Positions 11,000 to 19,918 of a stretch of 64,000 nucleotides of DNA are shown here, piece by piece. Numbering within the stretch: the stretch's first letter is position 1; every line of letters starts with the position of its first letter. The translations under genes and the position numbers were made by a program. The notes beneath the pieces were generated by a model. That model was not told where the DNA came from, ran no database searches, and saw nothing but the letters and a program-made list of their open reading frames with translations. This DNA is from an uncultured delta proteobacterium (GTDB taxonomy: Bacteria; Desulfobacterota; Binatia; UBA9968): contig CAVTUQ010000009.1 of the NCBI GenBank assembly GCA_963737905.1, positions 192,001 to 256,000 of the forward strand, in the 5' to 3' direction.

Positions 11000-11863
11000 C
11001 TACGCCGCCAGACGCCGTGCGCCAAGCTGGCGCGAGATAAAGGCCTTGATTCTTTCGTAAGCGCGGTCAGTTTGTGGGCCCGGGTTAGCGACCCAGCGGT
11101 GCTCGCAATCCTTGAAGATCTCCAATTCGCATTCTCCGCCGCTGGTCCGATAAGTGGCCGCAAATTTCTCCTGCACAGCCGGCAGGACGTTGTCGTCCAA
11201 CTCGCCCTGCAAAATATAAAGCGGTGGCAACGTCACCGGCTCGCGGCGCTCGAGGATGAGCTGCGGATTCCCTTCGTAGATGGTTTCCCAGGGATTAAAA
11301 TAAGTTTTGCTGTTCTGGATCATTTCCGCCCACTGCCTTCGCTCCGCCTGCTGGTAACGAGCGAACGGATCGCTCACCGGCGACCGCGCTACGACGTAAG
11401 GCAAAGTAGCGTCAAGGTTGGAGGCCTCGGGCAAAGGATGGGCGTTATAGCGCGGATCATTCGGGCGCATGGCACAGAGTTCGATTTCGTGACCGCCGCT
11501 GGAACTTCCCAGCGCTCCAACGGTGGCGGGATCACCGTTCCATTCTCGCGCCTTCGCTTTGAGCCAGCGCACACCGTAGTTCGCATCCTGCACCGAGGCA
11601 GGGTAGGGCGCCTCTGGCGCGCGGCGCAGGTCGATGGCTACGACTAGGAGGCCGCTCGCGGCCAGGCTTTCGTCCATCGGCGCATTAGCGGTGCGGTCTT
11701 GGTTGTTCCACGCGCCCCCGTGAAGATCCAGCAGCGCCGGAAAGGGCCCGCTGCCTTGAGGCTGATAAATGCGCGCCATCAAAGTGCGCACGGGATCGCG
11801 GCGAAACTCGACGTCCCAGACTTTGATCTCATAGTGCTTCGAAGGATCGTATAGAGTTGCCAT
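11000..11863 (-). CDS. Alpha/beta hydrolase (HSL-like esterase)
   Basis: LHGGAW oxyanion motif, GSSSGG nucleophile elbow, QGELDD, C-terminal His; AAGGAGG before ATG 11863. Confidence 0.88.
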   Translation of the reverse strand: MATLYDPSKHYEIKVWDVEFRRDPVRTLMARIYQPQGSGPFPALLDLHGGAWNNQDRTANAPMDESLAASGLLVVAIDLRRAPEAPYPASVQDANYGVRWLKAKAREWNGDPATVGALGSSSGGHEIELCAMRPNDPRYNAHPLPEASNLDATLPYVVARSPVSDPFARYQQAERRQWAEMIQNSKTYFNPWETIYEGNPQLILERREPVTLPPLYILQGELDDNVLPAVQEKFAATYRTSGGECELEIFKDCEHRWVANPGPQTDRAYERIKAFISRQLGARRLAA

Positions 11864-12176
11864 GGGTGAGTCCTCCTTACGGATTACGTGCAAGCGTTTT
11901 CAACGGGTCCAAGCCTTTGCGTTGTAGGAATCACTACTCCGTATCCTCTCATATCGAAAAACGTTCCTCTTTGTCAAAACAAAAGCTTGAATCAATCGCG
12001 CAAAAAACATAGACGCGGCAATGGCCGCCGGCTTAGTGGACGCCGCACCATCATGCGTGTTATAGGCGAGTATAACCTCACTCCTCGGCCTAAGGACATA
12101 CACATGAATCATTCCTTTTCGCCGGCTGTGGAGACTTGCTCTGCGTTCACCGTCAATTCATAAAGAAGAGCCTCAA

Positions 12177-13463
12177 GTGCCAACGAGCGAGGCTGCTTTA
12201 CCGGAGGCTTCGCAGCCGTTTCGGGGTCCCCTCGGCATATTGCTCCGGTTCAGGGCCTTTGAGGCATTGCGCCATCGCGAATACCGTTTGATCTGGTACG
12301 GGCAAATCTTCGCGTCCATGGGAACCTGGATGGACCAGGTCACCCGGGGTTGGCTTATCTATGAGCTGACGGACTCCGCGCTCCAGCTCGGCTTGGTGCG
12401 GGGAGTTCAAGCCATACCTTTTCTCTTGTTATCTCCGGTGGCGGGCAGCGTCGCCGACCGCTATTCGCGCAAGATGCAGGTGGTGCTTACGCAGATCGCC
12501 AACGGGTTATTGTTTGGAGCGACGGCGTTGCTGATTCTTACCGGCCAGATCCGGCCGTGGCATGTCTATGTCACCGCGGTCTTAATGGCGATCGTTCAGG
12601 TCTTTCTGCAGCCGGCACGGGCGGCCCTGATTTCCGACGCCGTACCGGCCAACAACCTGACCAACGCCATCGGTCTCAACGCCGTTATTTTTAACGCCGC
12701 GCGCAGTACCGGCCCCGCCCTCGCAGGCGTGCTCATCGCCAAGTTCGGAACCGGCGAGGCATATTCCGTCCAGGCGATTTTTTTCTTTCTCGCAACGATC
12801 TGGACCACCCAGCTTCGTTCCGCAGAGCGTTCCGGCAGCGGCTCCCGCGGTGCCCACGGCGAGTCGTTCGGCCAAAGCATTATCGAAGGATGGAAATTCA
12901 GCTGGAGGAACGAAGTCGTTCGCACCGCTCTTCTCATCGTGATGTTCGTTTCGTTGCTGATTGTGCCGTTTACCACTCTCCTGCCGGTATTTGCGCGCGA
13001 CATTCTGCAAGTCGGCGCCACGGGGCAGGGGCTGCTGCTCATGGCTATGGGCGTGGGCGCGTTGTGCAGCGCCGTTCTCATCGCTTCCGTCGGCGATCGC
13101 TTGCCCCGGGGTATGCTTATGCTGGGCAGCGTGACGCTTTACGGATTTATTATCGTGATGTTTGCAGCATCACATTGGTTTTGGCTTTCAATGATATTGA
13201 TGGTCATCGTGGGCCTGTGCCACGTGCACTCGCACGCTCTTGTTCAAACCATCATTCAATCCTATTCTCCTTCCGAATTCCGCGGGCGGACCATGGCTAT
13301 CTTCCACATGAGCCAGGTGGTGATGACAGCCGGAGCCATGCTCTTCGGTGCGCTGTCATCGATTCTTGGGGCAGAGTGGGCGGTCGCATCGATGGGGGTC
13401 TTTGGCGCGCTGATCATGATCGGGATCTCCCTGGCCCTGCCGGCCGCCCGGTTTATCCGATAG
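12177..13463 (+). CDS. MFS transporter (MFS_3/EntS-like)
   Basis: About 12 hydrophobic segments; GSVADRYSRK motif A. Confidence 0.9.
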   Translation: MPTSEAALPEASQPFRGPLGILLRFRAFEALRHREYRLIWYGQIFASMGTWMDQVTRGWLIYELTDSALQLGLVRGVQAIPFLLLSPVAGSVADRYSRKMQVVLTQIANGLLFGATALLILTGQIRPWHVYVTAVLMAIVQVFLQPARAALISDAVPANNLTNAIGLNAVIFNAARSTGPALAGVLIAKFGTGEAYSVQAIFFFLATIWTTQLRSAERSGSGSRGAHGESFGQSIIEGWKFSWRNEVVRTALLIVMFVSLLIVPFTTLLPVFARDILQVGATGQGLLLMAMGVGALCSAVLIASVGDRLPRGMLMLGSVTLYGFIIVMFAASHWFWLSMILMVIVGLCHVHSHALVQTIIQSYSPSEFRGRTMAIFHMSQVVMTAGAMLFGALSSILGAEWAVASMGVFGALIMIGISLALPAARFIR

Positions 13464-13466
13464 CCA

Positions 13467-14984
13467 TCATGCGGAGAGGGAGCCGCCGTGGATTTCCCGG
13501 TTTCGCATCCGAGCCAACACGCTGTGATATCTGCCGTAACCGAAATAAATGACAATGCCGACCAGCAACCACCCAATCAACCGAAACCAGTTTTCCGCCG
13601 GAAGAGAAAACATCAATAGCAGGCAGAAAGCTATGCCGAGAAGAGGCACGAGGGGCACCCATGGGCAGCGGAAAGGTCGCTTAATCTCCGGATGACGATA
13701 ACGCATGATGAGCACGGCGGTGCAGACGATGATGAATGCTAACAGGGTGCCGATATTCACCAGCTCTGCGAGCATTCTAAGCGGCAAGAGTGCCCCCATA
13801 AGCCCAACCGCTATTCCCGTCGAGATGGTGGATTTCCAGGGGGTGCGGAAGCGCGGGTGAACCGAACCAAAGAACCCGGGCGGCAGTAACCCGTCGCGTG
13901 CCATGGCCAGCATGATGCGCGGTTGGCTGAGCATGAGCACCATCAACACCGACGTAATCCCGGTCAGCGCGCCCAGCGAAATGACAAAATGCGCCCAAGG
14001 AAGCCCGACCCGACTAAACGCCTGAGAAAGGGGCGCATCGATTTCAATCTTATCGTAAGGAACCATGCCGGTCAGGACCGCCGCGACCGCGATGTACAAA
14101 ACCGTGCAGAGTGTGAGTGAGGCGATGATCCCGATGGGCACGTCACGACTCGGGTTGCGCGCCTCCTCGGCGTGGGTCGAGACCGAGTCGAAGCCGATGT
14201 AAGCGTAAAAGACGATTGCCGCTCCCGCTATGACACCGAGAGGCTCACCGCCCGGCCCATGTTGCCCCGCGATCGTATGGCCGAAGAAACTGATCCCGGA
14301 ATAACCATAGGGCGCAAAGGGCTGCCAGTTTTGCGGATCGATGTAGAAGACGCCCACCGCAACGATCAAAGCGATGACCGCTAGTTTGACCGCGACCATG
14401 ATCGTGTTGAAGCTCACGCTCTCACGAATCCCGATGATCAGGACGCCGGTAAGGAAGGCCGAGATCAGCAACGCCGGAAGATCGATAATCGCTCCGGTGG
14501 AAACAAATTTTCCGCTGGCGGGATTGAAGTCGAAGGGTGCATCCGTATAGGCGCGGGGCAGATGGATGTTTATGATAGCGAGGAAGTCCGAAAAGTAGTG
14601 AGACCAGCCGTGGGCCACGCTGGCTGCCCCGACACCATATTCGAGGAGCAAATCCCAGCCGATGATCCAGGCAAAGAGCTCGCCGAGAGTCGCATAGGCG
14701 TAAGTGTAAGCGGAACCGGCTACCGGCACCATGGAGGCGAATTCGGCGTAGCAGAGCGCGGCAAAGGTGCAAGCGAAGCCGGCGAGCACAAACGACAGCA
14801 TGGTCGCTGCCCCGGCTTTATCTTTGGCTACCAAACCGAGGATGATGAAAATACCGGCGCCGATAATCGCGCCGACGCCGAGACTGGTAAGCTGAAGGGG
14901 GCCGAGGACGGGCCGCAAACGGGTCTCGCCCATTTCCTTCAACAACAAGTGAGTCGGTTTTCTCGCGAAGATTGAGCCCGACAT
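13467..14984 (-). CDS. APC-family cationic amino acid permease
   Basis: GAIIGAGIF, CYAEFASMVPVAGSAY, YIGFD, EEARNP, MARDGLLP. Confidence 0.93.
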   Translation of the reverse strand: MSGSIFARKPTHLLLKEMGETRLRPVLGPLQLTSLGVGAIIGAGIFIILGLVAKDKAGAATMLSFVLAGFACTFAALCYAEFASMVPVAGSAYTYAYATLGELFAWIIGWDLLLEYGVGAASVAHGWSHYFSDFLAIINIHLPRAYTDAPFDFNPASGKFVSTGAIIDLPALLISAFLTGVLIIGIRESVSFNTIMVAVKLAVIALIVAVGVFYIDPQNWQPFAPYGYSGISFFGHTIAGQHGPGGEPLGVIAGAAIVFYAYIGFDSVSTHAEEARNPSRDVPIGIIASLTLCTVLYIAVAAVLTGMVPYDKIEIDAPLSQAFSRVGLPWAHFVISLGALTGITSVLMVLMLSQPRIMLAMARDGLLPPGFFGSVHPRFRTPWKSTISTGIAVGLMGALLPLRMLAELVNIGTLLAFIIVCTAVLIMRYRHPEIKRPFRCPWVPLVPLLGIAFCLLLMFSLPAENWFRLIGWLLVGIVIYFGYGRYHSVLARMRNREIHGGSLSA

Positions 14985-15035
14985 ACAATCTTACGATTGG
15001 AAGATCACCCGCAGGCGCACTTTACATGCGCAACC

Positions 15036-16169
15036 CTAGAAGCCGATGATTCTTAATTGGAGCAAGCCGGAGAGATCGTTGTGGGAGTTGCCGGATGAAA
15101 TGAAATCGGGTTGTTGGTTGTAATTAACATTGAAAGATAGTGTATCGTCTTTTCCCAGAAAGTTCCCGATTTTCCAGTCCAGGGCTGTGGTGGTCCCAAA
15201 CGTCCTCACAATATTCAATCCGTCACCGCCATAGCTTCGGGCGAATGACGTCGTGCCGGTGAGCTTCAACACATCGCGGAAGGGAGTGTAGGCAAAGATG
15301 AGCTCCGTCCTCGGAGTTTCGATTCTAGCTCCAGTATTTGCATTCCGCTCTTCTCTGATGCTGAGATTAGGGTTCACAGAAAGGAAATCGAATGGGCGAT
15401 AAGAACCTGTGAGAGTATTCGTAAAAGCCGTCGTTGCTTGGTTTAGCGCTGCCCCTGCATCTATCCATTCGTAACTCGACGCAAACTTTGCTCCCCATTG
15501 TGACCGATTGATGTTGAGCGACGCAGTGGCGTTCTTGGTCACGCGCAGGCTGTTTACATCCAGGAGTTTCTCCCAGGACTCGCCGATGGATCCACGAAGA
15601 CTGAAGGGGCCTAGATTGTGCTCTCCCCAAAGTTGGCCTTCATCGCGGGTTTGGTCGGTTGCAGCCCCTGCGATGGAGACAAAGCCACGATCTGTGGATT
15701 TGTAGTCGGCGCCGTAGCCTAAACTTCCCCAACGGCTCTTAAGTCCAAGCCGGAGCATTTTTGGCCAATCCTGACAAGCACACTGGCCCGCCAAAGAATT
15801 GAGGGAGCTGTAGGACAGCTCGCCTTCGCCAGTTAAGCCGCTGCCGGCAAAGGAAGAGGTCGCCAGTAGATTTAAGTATTTCCGGGAATTGCCATCCTGC
15901 AAACCGCCGTTCGGCTCGCTGGGCGCATCGCGCTTTTCGAGGTACGAAGCCTTCAGTTCCAGGAGTTTTGGGCCGAAGCTTAGGACAAGCGTTTTTCCGG
16001 CAGGAACAGCGGGTCTGGGCATCCCGTCAATCTGAGAGAAAGCTGTCGGATCAGGTGCCAAGATAGGAGATGACGCCGGCTCAGGGAAAATCTGAGAAAG
16101 CTCAGGCTTTGCAGTGGTGCAAGCAGAAGAAAGGAAAATTAAGGCGGCTAGAAGATAAAATTTGCGCAC
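15036..16169 (-). CDS. Hypothetical lipoprotein with outer-membrane beta-barrel-like C-terminal region
   Basis: Lipobox LSSA-C (Cys17), Pro-rich linker, many alternating amphipathic strands, and C-terminal LQLRIIGF ending in Phe. Confidence 0.65.
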   Translation of the reverse strand: MRKFYLLAALIFLSSACTTAKPELSQIFPEPASSPILAPDPTAFSQIDGMPRPAVPAGKTLVLSFGPKLLELKASYLEKRDAPSEPNGGLQDGNSRKYLNLLATSSFAGSGLTGEGELSYSSLNSLAGQCACQDWPKMLRLGLKSRWGSLGYGADYKSTDRGFVSIAGAATDQTRDEGQLWGEHNLGPFSLRGSIGESWEKLLDVNSLRVTKNATASLNINRSQWGAKFASSYEWIDAGAALNQATTAFTNTLTGSYRPFDFLSVNPNLSIREERNANTGARIETPRTELIFAYTPFRDVLKLTGTTSFARSYGGDGLNIVRTFGTTTALDWKIGNFLGKDDTLSFNVNYNQQPDFISSGNSHNDLSGLLQLRIIGF

Positions 16170-16250
16170 GGTAAAAACCTGTAAGATGATATTTTAGTCC
16201 ATCTTCGATTTTTACTAAAGAGGAGCCAAGCGGGGCGGCCGCAAGTCCGT

Positions 16251-17282
16251 CTAGAGGGAAAGCCTCTCCCAATCCGCGTTGGATGCATCGCGTGCAATCG
16301 AAAGCCCCCCATCGGACCCGGCAAAAATGGGATCCTTGACGACGGTCACTCGACCCCCTCCCAGGTCCGAGCAGGCTTTTTCGAGAGCAGTCGGGAGACC
16401 GGAAATGAGCGAGCTTCCGCCCGCTACAATAATATTGTTGCGCACCTGCTCCTGGTACTCGGGCTCCACCCTGGAGAGAAGATCGATCATGGTCTCCGAG
16501 ATGGGGGCCAGAATAGATTCACAGGCGGCGCGCATTTCATCTGTGATATCGAATTCTGTCGCCTTTCCCTTGGCTGGCACCGTGACCGTCACTCGACCCT
16601 TCGGATCACCGACGAAACTCCATTTTTCTTTCCAGTCACGGATCATATGAACCGAAACCTGGGCCTCAGGATGGTGCTCCTGCATCAGTTTTAAGAGGCG
16701 TTCGTCAATGGAATCACCGGCGTTTGGCAGCGTGCGCTGATCTTCCTCGGTAGGATAGCGGCCTTGCATGACACAAAAATCCGCCGTCCCGGCGCCAATA
16801 TCGATGATCATCGCGTGGAGCAATGCTTCCAAGCCGTAGGCCACCGCGAAAGGTTCAGACACCAACATCACGCTATCGGCAATGCCGTCCATGGCGCTCC
16901 GGAGTCTTTGTCTGCTGACTCGAAACGCCTCGGCCGGAACGCCGACAACCGCGCGTACCTTGCCTCGGTTCTTGCTTTTTTGCTTGAGGCCTATCAAGGA
17001 AATCAAATGGCGCAGTAATTCCTGGACCGCCTCCTCGTCCTTCGCCGATCCTTCTTTGATGACTCCGCGTTCGAGCGGCCGGCGGAGATCCAGCATCGAA
17101 CGATTGTCTAGGGCTTCGCGACCGACGAGGACGGTTTTCTTCACTAGTTTGCGGGCTACCATATCCAGGGGCCAGCCCACATAGCTGTCAACCACGTGAC
17201 GTTCGCCATTTGAAGCGGAGATGGAGCTTCGAGAGGTACCCAGATCTATTCCGATGCAGAGAGTTTCGTTGGTTTCTTCCAT
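16251..17282 (-). CDS. MamK-like actin-fold ATPase
   Basis: Actin motifs IDLGTS, VPA, SEPFAVAYG, DIGAGT, AGGSS. The segments PTEEDQRTLPNAGD, KEKWSFVG, PEYQEQVRNNIIVAGG and VKDPIFAG match MamK as I recall it, rather than MreB. Confidence 0.85.
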   Translation of the reverse strand: MEETNETLCIGIDLGTSRSSISASNGERHVVDSYVGWPLDMVARKLVKKTVLVGREALDNRSMLDLRRPLERGVIKEGSAKDEEAVQELLRHLISLIGLKQKSKNRGKVRAVVGVPAEAFRVSRQRLRSAMDGIADSVMLVSEPFAVAYGLEALLHAMIIDIGAGTADFCVMQGRYPTEEDQRTLPNAGDSIDERLLKLMQEHHPEAQVSVHMIRDWKEKWSFVGDPKGRVTVTVPAKGKATEFDITDEMRAACESILAPISETMIDLLSRVEPEYQEQVRNNIIVAGGSSLISGLPTALEKACSDLGGGRVTVVKDPIFAGSDGGLSIARDASNADWERLSL

Positions 17283-18284
17283 AAATCAGCTACCTTTTTT
17301 TCCGAACCATTGAGGTTCTTCGCATAAGAAACAATGCCTCTCAGCAGCGCCTGCGCGATCTTTTCCCGATAATCGGCGTTTGTCAACAATTTAACGTCAT
17401 CTTCGTTCGACAGACAGGAAACCTCGGCCAAGACGGCGGGCATCTGAGTGCCGACGAGGACCGCGAAGGGGGCCATCTTCACGCCGCGATTTTCCAGTTC
17501 GGGGTTGATTTGGCTGAGTGACTGATAGAGTTCGGTGTTGATGGTCTTGGCAAGCGTATAGGATTCATCGCGCCGGGTGTCGAGGTAGATCTTTTCCAGC
17601 AGCCGCCGATAGTCAGCCAAAGAGTAACCGGAATCCCGGTTTTCAATGCCGGCGAGCTTGATCACGGCCGGATCGTTAGAGGCTCCGACATAGTACGTTT
17701 CCAGTGGCCGGATTTCACGGGGTTCCATCCAGTTTACATGGATCGAAACAAAAAGATCGGCGTTGTTGGCGTTGGCGAAAGCCACTCTTTTTTCCAGCGG
17801 TAAGGTTTCATCGGTGTGTCGCGTCATCAGCACTTCGAAAGGGACATCTTCCATGAGTCCGCGCAATCGGAGTGCGATGTCCAACGTGATGTCCTTCTCC
17901 GACACTCCTGATTCCGAGATAGCGCCATGTTGTTTACCGCCATGTCCCGGGTCGATTACGATTCTCTTGACCGAGAGAGGAAGGACCGACCGGTTTATTC
18001 GGGAAGGGGCCGGAAGAGGCGTCGCCGCTTTGAGCAGATGGCTCCCGGCCGCTATGTCCGTGGCGGCCGGGTTGGATGACGAATTCTTTGCCCCTCGAAA
18101 CCACCAGCGCCGGTACCGCCAGATAAACGATACTTGCGATCAGCAAAAACCCCCACAGCCAGACAGGAAATATGGCTTTGGGCTGCTCCTGGGGTTTGGT
18201 TGCGCTAACAACCCGCGTCCCTCCAACATTGCTCTGGATTGCCTCACGAAGGATGCGAAGTTTAGTCTGTTCTACGCTTTCCAT
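17246..18284 (-). CDS. Membrane-anchored N-acetylmuramoyl-L-alanine amidase (Amidase_3), frameshifted
   Basis: ATG 18284 leads to a cytoplasmic segment and one TM helix (WLWGFLLIASIVYLAVPALVV). After a frameshift near 18095 come a linker and RIVIDPGHGG, SEKDITL, FVSIHVN and LAEVSCLSN (Zn ligands and catalytic Glu). Confidence 0.88.
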
Positions 18285-19099
18285 TAGTATTGCCTTATCT
18301 CTTAGTTCGGCAAGATACCGCACGATCAAAAGAGCCAACTGGTTGCTATGTCTATCTTGCCGTAGGGCACGGAATACTCCGGATTTGTGAGACTCTTATG
18401 AGCAAAGGCAGGCGGCCGCTACGATTATCGAAGTTCCTATCTCTCGCAATTCTCTTTGTACCCTGACAACTAGGGCGGTTGTACGGCTGTTAGTTACCAG
18501 TGGATTGGGGCCGACGAACGGGTTGTAATAAATCGATGTTTGAGTCGGCACATACGGGCCTCCTCTACTCAAAATTGATCTGTAAGTCTAATCGAAAGTG
18601 GCGATTTACGCAATGAAAACTACCGATGGAACTGATGGAGCAGGCTCGATCTCTCGGTCTGATCACAGGAAAATCGTGTATAATAAAGACCCTCGTTTTG
18701 GTGTTAGATATACAGAGTTGTCTTTCTCTTCTCATCGTAGGAATCATCTACTGGCATTTGAGGCAACAAATTTCAGTTGCTCCGAGGGCGGCACTCCTCG
18801 CGGTCGTTTTTCCTTGAGCTTGATTCCTTATCTCGCGATTGTTCGTCAGCAAGGGATTCCCAATTTTCAATCTAATGGAGCTCAAGCCTGAGTGGACACG
18901 AGTTTATGAGGATCCTATGAGGAGCTCTTTGTTCGACGAGGTTCGCCGTTGGAAGAGGAGATCCGGCTTACAAAGCACCGGAGGTGTCGTACATGGGTGC
19001 AGGGTCATGCTTTCCGTGACCTGTCGGCGGGTCTCTTGGCCAGGTCCTTCCTTCCGTTCCAAATTTCGCCTATAAGTTGGGTTGAGAAAGGAGATTTCT

Positions 19100-19918
19100 A
19101 TGGCTACACAGCGCATCAGTTACGTTGACCCGGCGACGATTACCGATCCGGCAATGCTCGAAGAGCTCGATCGATGTCGCCGCGAGGGGACACCGCGCCC
19201 GGAAAGTTCCGCAATCCGTGCCCACGTGCCCGCTTGTTTTTGGTCGTTCGCGAATTCTTGGCGTGATATTTTCAAGAACGGCATTTGCGATCATAGCATC
19301 AAAGAACTCTGCCGCGTTTATGTTTCAAGATCGATCAACTGCGAGTACTGCGGCAACCAACGTTCGCTCAAAGCGGCCAAGGCGGGCCTCGAAGAGGCGC
19401 AGTACGACGACCTGTTGAACTTTGAGCAATCGAAGCGCTTTGACGAACGGCAAAAAGCCGCGCTGGCATACGCCGAAGCCATTACCTGGCATCTGGATAC
19501 CGATGACGCGTTCTGGCAGCGACTATATCAACATTTTTCCGAGCCGGAGCTGGTTGAGATCGGCTGTTTTGTCGCATTGACCATGGGCCAGCAGAGCTGG
19601 CTGCGCCTGCTAAACATCGAGCACCATCAAGTGCTGGCAGGGACCTCGGGAGGAATGGCGCCGGGATTCGAAACTTTCGAGGCTCTGGACAAATCGAAGG
19701 CATCCGCCGATTACTGGGCGAAAAAGGCATCCCTCGTTAACTGCGAAGAGTTAGAACGCCGAATTAAACGCATGGATATATCTCTCGTTGAGGTCTTTCA
19801 GAACCAAGAGTTGACCTCAGTATGCTCTTACACTAAAGTAAAGTCCGGCCTTTTTCTCCGTCCATGTCGATCCACGTCGCGCTGCACCACGTCACCCAAT
19901 ACTATTACGATCGCCTGA
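19100..19918 (+). CDS. Carboxymuconolactone decarboxylase/AhpD-like protein
   Basis: IKELCRVYVSRSINCEYC and ERQKAALAYAEAIT; RBS AAAGGAG. The real stop is probably near 19740 (frameshift in an A-run), because the raw tail overlaps the next gene. Confidence 0.8.
   Translation: MATQRISYVDPATITDPAMLEELDRCRREGTPRPESSAIRAHVPACFWSFANSWRDIFKNGICDHSIKELCRVYVSRSINCEYCGNQRSLKAAKAGLEEAQYDDLLNFEQSKRFDERQKAALAYAEAITWHLDTDDAFWQRLYQHFSEPELVEIGCFVALTMGQQSWLRLLNIEHHQVLAGTSGGMAPGFETFEALDKSKASADYWAKKASLVNCEELERRIKRMDISLVEVFQNQELTSVCSYTKVKSGLFLRPCRSTSRCTTSPNTITIA

Noticed and set aside
18085-18105. Programmed ribosomal frameshift giving anchored versus soluble amidase
   Set aside because: No canonical slippery heptamer, and similar indels occur throughout the window, so sequencing error is the simpler explanation.
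15036-18284. Magnetosome gene island
   Set aside because: No recognisable mamA, B, E, I, M, O, P or Q genes in the window; only the actin resembles a Mam protein.
18400-18420. Sigma54 promoters upstream of the amidase, DUF5658 (about 40915) and HAMP (about 41912) genes
   Set aside because: TTGC half-sites are present, but the GG-to-GC spacing is off by 1-2 nt.
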